A DNA stretch of 62,147 nucleotides, counting the filler, from Vannella sp. (lineage: Eukaryota): the NCBI GenBank assembly GCA_023345925.1. It is 7 parts of 7 records of this genome, joined end to end, with 100 filler letters (N's around TTAATTAATTAA, not from the genome) between each part and the next. Parts side by side here need not be neighbours in the genome. Positions count along the whole stretch, not along the records: positions 1 to 6,596 come from JAJQQN010000828.1; positions 6,697 to 14,479 come from JAJQQN010000288.1; 5 more parts are not named here. One strand, given 5' to 3'. Made by a program: the position numbers and the translations under genes. Below the pieces are notes generated by a model. It was not told where the DNA came from and did not search any database. It worked only from the letters and a program-made list of their open reading frames with translations. Positions 1 to 9,342 of the stretch are shown here, in pieces. Positions within the stretch are counted from its first letter, which is position 1, and every line of letters begins with the position of its first letter.

Positions 1-1071
1 TGACATAAGTCCCATTGATTTCAAGTAAAAGTTCGTTTAAATAGAGTCTATTATGCATTAATGTGTGTGGACAAAATTGTCCAAAAACTCTGGGAATTTG
101 ACAAAGCTGGAGATCATGTGAGCTCTTGACCGCTTGGAAGTCACACAGACCCATTCACTCATCAAATGACCCCAGGAAGTTGTCAATGAACCCGACGTTC
201 GGAAGGCCAAAAGAAAAAAGCGCTCTTGCTGGGAGATGGGAAACCCCGAATTTATTAGCATATCACTACTTGTCTTTTCTTCTGCATACTCTTCTCTCAT
301 TCTTTGACTGTCTCAGAGAAATTAGATTGACGATAGATCTTACTAGTCCTGTTTGCACCCTCTCGAACCAATTCCTCAGCTGGTCCTCGGGCCATTCCCT
401 TTTCTTCGAAGAACTTCATCATTTCAACGTATCTGCCCACTGCCTAGTCGCAAAGTCATGCCCTGCAACTTGTGCACAACTAAATACAATAGAATACAAC
501 TATTGGTCACACCTACAGAAGTCATTCTTCTGGATTAGTGAGAGAGCTTCTCGAAAGGGTTCAGGTCTTCCAGAGTTTTGCATCTCATCCTGAATCACAC
601 TTTGCCATTTCTGAGCCATTACCTCTTTGACAGACTCGTTGTTGGCTGTTACAGACGAACACCAATCAGGCAAATCAAAATAGAAACATAAATACAAGAC
701 TTACTCATTTTCCTGAGACATGACCTTCCATGAAAGCAGAACAAAAAAAAGGAAGAAGAGCGATTTTTCAAGATTCCTTTCAAGCCGCTGAATTTTCGGG
801 AAATTGAAAGAATAGCAGAGGTTACTCATTGCTTGTGCACAAAAGTTCTCTTGAGCCTGCAGTAGGGTACGTAGAAAGTGACTCAGAAGATGAGTACCCA
901 ATCCCTCATTGACCTCCTTCCGATGCATCATCTCCTCAGAGCTGAGGAAAGCTATTAAAACCTCTTGCTTATAGCATTGCCATCTCAACAACTAATAGAG
1001 GGTTACGGAGGTAAGATAGATGCGGACAAGCTTCGTCAAACTTACTTCTTTATCTAATCGAATTGTTCTCT

Positions 1072-3544
1072 TCAGTTGAAGAAAAATTCGGTGCCAGCAA
1101 GAGCAAACTGGCTGCGAGATTCGGGATTGTCGATTCGAAAGAAAGCCAATCGTTCTTTGACAGAAAGAAGATCCTTTTCAATAGGCTTGAGGTGATTTCG
1201 AACGTGCTCCTCGGCGGATCCTTGCAAAGGAGAAGCAGACACTATTACAGCCACAACTGAACTGTCCGGAAAATAGTTTGCTACTTTCACAGCCTCCGTG
1301 ACCCAAAGCTGATACTCGTCGGGGGCAATAGATCCAGAATACTCTTTTGCCTGAATCAACAAGATGAAGTTACTGAAAACCGATTCGAAACGGGTGTCAA
1401 TGATGTCCCAGCCTGTTTGACCATCTTCTGCCAGATACAATCCTTGATTTTGGCAGCAATCCTGATAATCAGTCCGTGTTACCAACTTCTTGCCCAGCTG
1501 AGACAGCTCAGCGCAGTGCAGAGATTCCAGAATGGATTGAGAAAGCCCGAACTCGTAGTCCCATAGTGATGGAGTAGGAATAGACGTCAAGCCAGGGAAA
1601 ATAGTCTTAAAAGATACATTTTCTTTGAGATGACGGATGCCATTGGCACGTAGAAGAAGGACCATCCCAGTTAGTAATACGAAACGTTGATTTCTTGCTC
1701 CTGTGCACAGCGCTGCCTTTGTTTCCACCAAGCCAAAGGGCTCGAAGTTTTTTAACACCTGGAGAGCGGGATGTTTTTGAAGGCATGATTGAGAGAGGGC
1801 TTTGACCAAAGGGATCGCCATTTTGGGCGCAAATCCAACCATAGGACGTTCCCAGCCGAGAACGCAACCAAGTCTCCGGAGTTCATAGAGAGCCGGGCAT
1901 TCGGGTGCTGCTGTTCGGAGTAAGCTCGAGTAACAGACGCTTGCAAGAAAGTCCGATTCCATAAGAGGAGATTGAGAGTTACATACTCCTTTCGTGTAGA
2001 GAAGATTGCTCAGGACAACACAAAGGTACTGACAAACACCAGAGACTTCGGCTTGCTCGAATCTTTGGTCACTACAGACTTCTTCCAGAAGGCTGATCAG
2101 CCTTGGCACAAGGAAAGGCACCACTCCTAAGTACTCAAGAAGATCTCGAAAAGCTCTACTATCAAGCATGCGACTCAGCTTTGGGGGAAACTTCAATTCC
2201 TTCGCCTGAAGGAATTCAATAACTGATTTTGGAGAGAAAGGCAACAGACTGATGTACTCGGTCCGGAAATAACTGTTTTCGAGGCTGTAGGGAACTGAGC
2301 CAGTGACCAAAATGGACAGAATGATGTTATGACAAGCGCACAGCTCTCTAGTTTCACTACTTAGTCGAGCGTATAGGTCCTTCACAAATGCCTCTCCGTT
2401 CGCCGATTTAGAATTTACGGTGTTGGAGTTCCATTCGTACTGTCCCACTTCCTCTTCATATCTTTCTGCAAGAAGGTGGGGCTCGTCGATGTGGATGAGC
2501 AAAAGCGTTTTTTCGGTGGGAGCTTCAAGCAGCTGAACTAAGGTTGTCACCGCTTCCTCTGTCTCGAAAAGCATCCATTCTTGTTCTGAAAGCCTACAAT
2601 CGCCTCTTGTAGTGGCCCAGGTCCCCAGACATCGGGCCAGTAGGCGATTAACGAGTGTTTTCTTCACGGCCTCATTCAATGGGAGTGAGTTCTTGACCAA
2701 CTCTCCTTCCTTATCAGTCACAGAGTCATGTCTCCCAAGTGCACTGCAGTTTAGCCAGCAGTATCGACCTCTTTCCATTCCATGCAATACCTCTGTTTGG
2801 TGAGGGCTGAACTTGTTCCTGGGAAGTGTGAGGATTTCAAGGAAAGCGGCACTGCCGAATGTTGTTTTCCCCATCCCACTCATGTTGTTGCAGTAGATGA
2901 TTGGATACTTTTGGGAGTCTGCCGGATTATTAATCCAATTCCATTGCTCCGCTATTTTCTCGAAGAGCGAGAGATACTCCTCCTCCCGTGGGATCAAGGA
3001 TTCTGGGTTCACTTGGGTTGCAGATTTCCCTGGAATGGTTTCTTGCGAATGTTCATCAAATGATCTACGGCCAGTCTCAACGACTGTAACCTGTCAGGGA
3101 GTACAAAGAAGTGGTTGGAAACAAACCTTTCCTTGCGCCATCGTTTGGAAGTCGTTTTGGTGTGGGACCTATTCCGTCCATGGATGTTGTTCTGTTTCGC
3201 TTTCTGTTTAAACAAGTTAGAATGAGTTCCAGGAAGAAATGGAGGCGAGTCGGTCTCCTCACCCTCCCGCTTCGCACTGATCTTCGCCCCCTCCGTCTGA
3301 TGAAGGACCTTCCCTGTTTCAGGCAAACACTCATCAGATCAAATAACAATGTAAAGCAAACAAGAAGGACCTACGCTTCATCATGAGGCATGGGCTTCGA
3401 AGAAGGCGGAACAAAAAATGAAAGGAGGAGCTTTAGAGCTTGCTGCTTCCTGTCCACGAGTTCCTGGTATTTAGAGGAACAGAACTGACATCTTTTGCAA
3501 GCGGTACGAGCCAGAGACTTTGCATTTACCTGGTTCGGGTTCAT
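1072..3544 (-). CDS. Crinkler (CR)-like protein: P-loop NTPase plus C-terminal PD-(D/E)xK restriction-endonuclease-like domain; 5' exons uncertain
   Basis: Long exon 3090-1072 with Walker A MSGMGKTT, Walker B LLIHIDE and C-terminal GWDII...LLIQAK. The ORF-track start is a GTG; the frame stays open to a CAG acceptor at 3091-3093, with a likely 36-nt intron (3126-3091). Start near 3544 is a guess. Confidence 0.65.
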
Positions 3545-3736
3545 AGAAGCCAAAACTCAAAAAATGAAATCAGCCCTGAAGCTTATCCTGAAGAGATGGA
3601 GGTCACTAAGACCACTCAACGGAAAGACACGAGTTTTGGAACCCTTTTCTCCTTCAGCTCATAGATTTCCTCATCTCCTGAGGAGTCTCATAACCAGTTC
3701 TGTCTCGTCTTACCATTATAGTGGGAAGAGATTGCT

Positions 3737-4353
3737 TCACTGGGACAGAGGAAAGTCAGAGCAGCTTGGCATTTCAATCTTTTCCAGTTTTCCCGAAAAG
3801 GCTTTTCCGTGCTTGCGGGAAGCTTTGCTGTCAAGGAAGCGATTCGCTCTGGTGAGTGGAAAATCACAGATGGCATCAATGCCCCCAGGAGAGGAAGGAT
3901 GGTGATTCTCCGTGCCTTCCCCATCGGAAGTGAAATAATGGTGGGAATGGAGCGGTGGGGTGTTCACCAAGTTGATTCCTGTGTTGATTACCCTCATCAG
4001 GAATAGAACAGAGACGCACATGTGTGTGGGGAAAGCAATGGTGCCCACCACTTGTCTGGATAGTAGCTGATTCCCATCTGAAGGAGGAAAGAGTTCGGTA
4101 TGTAAGCCCAGATCAAGAAGATGACAATGGCGAAGAGGGTAATGATCCAACCAACGAACCCGTACACCTCTGCATTTGCTTCTTTGGGAAGAGAGCCCTC
4201 CAGAGAAGGAGGTTTCAAACGAGCTGGTTGATTCCGCCCTTCTTCCTCGTCTCCCAGCAAAGAAGGCACGATCTCCTCCCGCGTCACTCTTCCATAGATC
4301 CTCCCCACACTCTCCCTCCTCGAAGGAACCGGAATGTTAGGAAGCACGTTCAT
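3737..4353 (-). pseudogene. PIGP: PIG-P (GPI-GlcNAc transferase subunit P) copy, intronless, with a frameshift
   Basis: EVYGFVGW...LIWAYIP...GISYYPDKWWA is in one frame and IAFPT...GINLVNTPPL...DFPLTRANRFL in another; 2 extra nt near 4040-4044. Confidence 0.7.
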
Positions 4354-5163
4354 TGTCGTGTGACAGGAAAATACTGAGGTGCAGCTCATAATTCATGCAA
4401 TCTCAAGTCAACACTCACATTCGGCACTAAAATACCGGTTATCTTCCATAACTTACAGGGTTATGACAGTCACCTCATCATCAAGGCATACAATGCTCAA
4501 GGTGATAGAAAAGACAGAACCTCCCTTATTCCCCGTAATTCGGAGAAGTTCCTCACATTCACAATTGGTAGATTCTCCTTCATCGATTCAAATCAGTTTC
4601 TATCCTCATCACTGGAGGGACTAGTCAGCACTCTCTCCAGTAAAACTACCGATTTCAGCAAGTATATCAAGGGTTTTATCCAGGATGTGATAAAATCCAC
4701 TGATTCACACCAGGAATCACACAATTTCTCAACTTTATCGAATCTTTTGTCTCAAATACCAACGATGAGCCAACACGATTCATGGAAAAGCCCCTCCTAC
4801 AGCTACTAAAACAACTTACTCAAACAACGAACACCAGCTTTCTCATTGAACCTCTCCAGGAGACTTCTCGATACTCTTCAGAATAACGGCACTGATTTCA
4901 GTCAATTCACCTACATGAACGGTTCTATCTTCAAGTCCAGCAACAAAGACAATCACCGTCACTACCAGAAGCTCCTAATCTCCAAAGGTGTTTATCCGTA
5001 CAAACTCACAGGTCAGGATTTCGATCATCTACCAGCACAAGAGCATTTTGACAGTGATTACAATAAAGCTCAGGAAGTATACAAATCCTTTGGCTGCAAG
5101 AGTTTCAGAGATTATCACGATCTCTATCTCACTACGGACGTTCTACTCCTAGCAGATGTTTGA
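4351..5163 (+). mobile_element. Degraded Polinton/Maverick (adintovirus-like) protein-primed DNA polymerase B fragment (endonuclease VII-like motif plus exonuclease region)
   Basis: Reads HCRVTGKY*GAAHNSCNL...IPVIFHNLQGYDSHLII...EKFLTF...FIDSNQFLSSSLEGLV...KGVYPY...DYHDLYLTTDVLLLADV; stops at 4375 and 4807; truncated at both ends; more AT-rich than host genes. Confidence 0.85.
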
Positions 5164-5825
5164 TTGATTGGGGCCACCAGCTACAGTTCTAAAAAATAGT
5201 TCATCCTTACGATTATCAAATGTCAGAAGTTCAGTTTAACTACTCGTACACGTTGACATAGTGCATAGTACATCATAGGATTACTCAGAATAACACTGTC
5301 TGAGTTGGTTGGAAATTGAAGTGTCATTGGTACCTGCTGATCATTCCTGCAAACAAGGGTATGATGCACATTATCAGGAAAGACGTTCCGAGGATCACTC
5401 ATTTATTTGCGTATTTTATAGTACTCACAATGATTTAAAATCATTAATGATTCTATACGATCCACTTGTGGATCTCTGCTAAGCAAAAGATTACATTAGA
5501 TAGCATCCACTCGAATGTAGAATGTACCTTGGTGCTGCTTTTTTCAGTAATACCCATCTGCTCTTGAGTTTGAAAACATCAGAAATTTCACTGGGACTGA
5601 GTTCACCATATGTCTTCAGAACACGTTGATGAGTCCGAATGTTGTCATTGAGACTATCGCGACAGATATGGGAAAGGGGCAATCTGTGATCAACTTTTTG
5701 TAATCTTAGGAGAATAAATAACCCTTTTGAGCAAAACTTGAGTTGATGAGAAAAAACTCATTTTTTTAGCCAGACAGTGCCCCGAAAACAACCCTTTATG
5801 AAAAAATCAACAACCCTTCAACAGA

Positions 5826-6596
5826 TTACAAGACCGGCATCGCTATCTTGTGGAAGAAGCCCTCCTCTTTTCTGGATCGAATGCGAATCTTCAGTTCGAC
5901 GAGAATGACTCCCAACAAGACCAGCAGAATGGCTCCAGCCACGAATCCTAAGGAAACCCACGACAGAGTGTTGCTTGGTTTAGGTCCTCCACAGGGGTCT
6001 TCGGTTCTTCCTGTGATGAGAAGTGCAAAGTTCGTGAGATGTCCAGTCTGGCCGCACAATTGGCTGTCCTTTCGAATGGAAGACAAGCAGCGGTCTTCAC
6101 ATCTCCACTTTGACTTGAGCTCGTCATAATAGCTCAAACACAAGTTCTCGTTCTTCTTTGTATCATTGGGAGGAGAAAGGCAGATGGTCAGGGGAGTGTC
6201 CAACTGGGTGATGGACTGGCCCTCCGCATTCACAAGAGTAATGTTCAGAATTGTGCTTGCCAGCAGCTGATCAGGGAATTGCGCGGGCTCAGCAATCACA
6301 TAGGCCACTGTCAAGGTGGTGTTCAGCTCATTGCTCAAGTCGGGGGGGACTGCCAAACTTCCCACCACTGCTCCCTCTGTAGAGTTTGGAAGCTCCACAA
6401 ATCCAATCCTTGAGGGAGTAGAGTCAGTGGCGTTGTTCAGAATAATCTCCACTTGGACAACTTGGGGAGCTGGGGAAGAGCTCGCCGTCACTGTTGAACG
6501 ATCAAGTGACGCACTTGGAGTCGCGTTGTTTGTCTCAGAGGGCCCAAAATTGGGAATGAAATCAGCGCGAGATGTTGAAGAGAAAGTAAAAGACAC
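5826..6596 (-). CDS. Single-pass membrane protein with a GAIN/GPS-like domain (5' end cut by contig break)
   Basis: Ser/Thr-rich stalk, then C..YYDE...W.CED.C...CGQTGHLTNFALL (GPS motif with H-L-T site), then one TM helix and a short basic tail. Confidence 0.75.
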   Translation of the reverse strand: MSFTFSSTSRADFIPNFGPSETNNATPSASLDRSTVTASSSPAPQVVQVEIILNNATDSTPSRIGFVELPNSTEGAVVGSLAVPPDLSNELNTTLTVAYVIAEPAQFPDQLLASTILNITLVNAEGQSITQLDTPLTICLSPPNDTKKNENLCLSYYDELKSKWRCEDRCLSSIRKDSQLCGQTGHLTNFALLITGRTEDPCGGPKPSNTLSWVSLGFVAGAILLVLLGVILVELKIRIRSRKEEGFFHKIAMPVL

Positions 6597-6696
6597 NNNN
6601 NNNNNNNNNNNNNNNNNNNNNNNNNNNNNNNNNNNNNNNNTTAATTAATTAANNNNNNNNNNNNNNNNNNNNNNNNNNNNNNNNNNNNNNNNNNNN
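6597..6696. other. Artificial contig spacer
   Basis: N-run, TTAATTAATTAA, N-run; 100 nt; same design at six places. Confidence 0.97.
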
Positions 6697-6959
6697 TTAT
6701 CAAGCCCTTCTTGTCCAAACAGCCCTTCGCATTGACCCCTCACTTGTCGACGAAATCAACGCTTCTTTTGCTGCAATGGATGAATAGACTATCATAAAAG
6801 TCTCTTCTCACCTTTGGCTCATTCCCTCTTCAAGGCATTGCGCAACAAAGATGAAGATGAGATGAAAATGCAGGAATAATTTCTTGGAAAAAGATTGGAG
6901 TCAATCAACATAGATTTTCGTTTGTTTTTGGTGTGCACAACTCGTCTCTCTTCGTTGTG

Positions 6960-7528
6960 ATGCCGAAGAGAGCGAAGTATGAAGCCACCTCTGCATCACG
7001 TTCTTGCTCTCCGGCTTTGAAAAGACGGAGGACGGGAACTACGGATCCTGTTTCGGCGAATGAACTCGACAAATCAGCCGATGGGCAGCGAGGCGTCCGT
7101 AATTCAGTTGTACGCACGAAGCCTTCATACTCTGTTGAACGTTCCTTGGAAAGCAAGTAGCTGCGCTTGTTTTGAGTGGGTACTAACCTCCTCCTCAGTC
7201 CGAAAAGTCACCGGCCATCAGATTCAAGTTTTTGGCGAGGAGGTGTTGTTCCTTCGCGGCCAGCTTGTTCTACCTCGATGGGTCTCAGTTATCGTGCCTT
7301 TTTATATTGGATCCTGGTCTTTGGTTTACTTGCGAGAAGGGAGCGGTAATTGATGCAGGAAGCAATCTAGTTGACAAAGCCAGACTTCACGGGAGAATGC
7401 CGAGTTCTGAGTTTAATGACGTTGAAACCAACCGATTGGAGGGGAGCAGGAAAGAGTGCGTTTCTTTCCAATCATCCCTCATTGGGGAGGAAACTCAATT
7501 CTCCATCTTCAAATGGATAACCTGTTAA
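6960..7528 (+). CDS. Possible small spliced hypothetical gene
   Basis: ATG at 6960 (MPKRAKYEA...), a TACTAAC branch-like site and CAG acceptor near 7181-7198; structure unresolved. Confidence 0.25.
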
Positions 7529-7643
7529 TGGAGGCTGAACCAATTTGTAGGGGAAGGAATCGTGGACAAGGCAAATTTTGCTTTGGACGCAGGAACAGCA
7601 AAACAACTGCCCTTCAGTCATAGTGTCAAGAGCTTTGTATCAA

Positions 7644-8795
7644 TCAAAGGAAGAAACAAGACGCAGAGGATCTTCTTTCACTTCGAAATCTGTTGCGATG
7701 GAGCCCTGATTCCCCCTCTTCCAATCCATTCAGTTTTCTCCGGATTGATTCCTGCATCTCGTGAGCAGTCGGTCATCTCTTCTCACTGCGAGAGCTCACA
7801 TCATTACATCTTCCACCCGCATCAATTAGTGACTCCGCAACCTCGCGGTGGCCCCCATCAACAGCATAATCTAAAGACGTCTGTTGCCAGTCAGCCCCTC
7901 CCGTTACTCAATAGGTTAGTGAGGGGCTGACTTACCCACTGAAGCATCTCAGAATCTCTTCCTCTGTATCTGACTACTTACTGCCTAAGTTACTCTTTTG
8001 GTGAGTGTGGCGCCTCTTTCGGGAGATGACTCACAAGCTAATTGAAGAATGTCACTAATACTGGGAAAAGAGTCAAATACTGATTCCGCCCTTGTGTGGG
8101 AATCACCGTACCTGGGAATAGAGAACTGAGCACCGCTTCACTTACTTCCTAAACCATGTTCACACTTTTCATTGATTGAGAGAGTAGCCTGCTCACTTGA
8201 TGATGATGGACGTGAACGTTGATAGTCCTCAGAGAGAGCAAGTACTTCACAATCTCTTTTTTCCCAGTTGCGGAGGCGCACGTGAGGAATGTCTGAGAAA
8301 TGAATAAGACTTGTTGACGGTGAAGGTCACTTACCCACTAGATGAGCCCTTTCTGTGAGGCCAGAGTCTTTGCTTCCTTTGTCTAAGTGGCCACTCACCA
8401 CCTAAATAGGTCAGAAACATCCACAACCGAAGAGGCAAGGAGAAGAGATTCGCAGCTTACATTCTAAAGTGTGTCTTAGAGAAGACCGAACCTCTTCCCT
8501 GAGACAAGCTGTACTCACCCACTGCAAGCATGCTGTTTAGTAAATGCTGTATTCCGCTCAGGGGAGTGCGGACCTTCTGAAAGGGGGTTTGGTTGAGCTT
8601 CTCACTCGATGAGTCCGCCACTTACAGACTAAAAAGGCCTTTCTGTGAGCGACTCGCCTTTCCATTCCATGGAAGAGCACACACATAGAACACTTCGTTA
8701 AGCTCAAATGGGTTAGCTTGCAAGAAGGAGGCAACCTCCTTCAACTCCCCAGAGAGCACAGCTTTGCCGTGAGCCTCTCTTCGAGTCAACGCCAT
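7644..8795 (-). CDS. Small ankyrin-repeat protein (~141 aa), 14 exons, ten of them single-codon micro-exons; ends in CaaX-like CFFL
   Basis: Exons: 8795-8685; TCT 8628-26; AAG 8576-74; TGG 8521-19; AAT 8463-61; GTG 8401-8399; TGG 8337-35; 8292-8197; GAA 8148-46; CTT 8037-35; GCA 7984-82; TGG 7938-36; 7880-7800; 7751-7644. All introns GT-AG and phase 0. Cores TFLTCASATGKKEIVKYLL and TSLDYAVDGGHREVAESLIDAG fit the ankyrin consensus. Confidence 0.85.
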
Positions 8796-9342
8796 CACAA
8801 AATGATTTCCGCCTAAACATTTTATAAACCTCTCTTAAATAGCATTTGGGGTAGGCTATTGCTCGATTTCGACTTTCAAACCCAGAAATACAAGCCAAAA
8901 TTTTCAAGGAACCCAGAAGTATAAAAAGGCGATTTGCTTCTTGGTCAGTGTTTTCTGCAAGAATCGCTACAAGGCCACGGACGGAGCAAGTGGTTTCCAT
9001 GATGCTCATTTGCCTTGGGGAAAGTCCCCGGATACTAGGGTAGAAAGTACCGTCTGTAAGAGATACACCTCCGTTGCAGCGCTGTTATTGGAGGGCCAAG
9101 ATGCGCAAGCTGAGCCCCGATATCGCGAAGGCGCTGCAACGGGAGAAAGCTCATCGCAGCACAGTCATGTGATTACTGTTGCCCTCCTTTCGAGGAGTTG
9201 ATCCGACTGGAAGTCGTGAGCGGATCGGCAAACATCAACACAACGGGGCTCACTCTGCAGATTCCCACGCATCTTTTTCAGAACAGTGCCCACGTTGATC
9301 AGCGACCCCCGCTGAACAACGTGTGCTTTGATCTGAGCAGAC

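Noticed and set aside
6597..6696. TTAATTAATTAA palindrome repeated six times in the window
   Set aside because: Always centred in a 100-nt N spacer; an assembly linker with stops in all frames, not biology.
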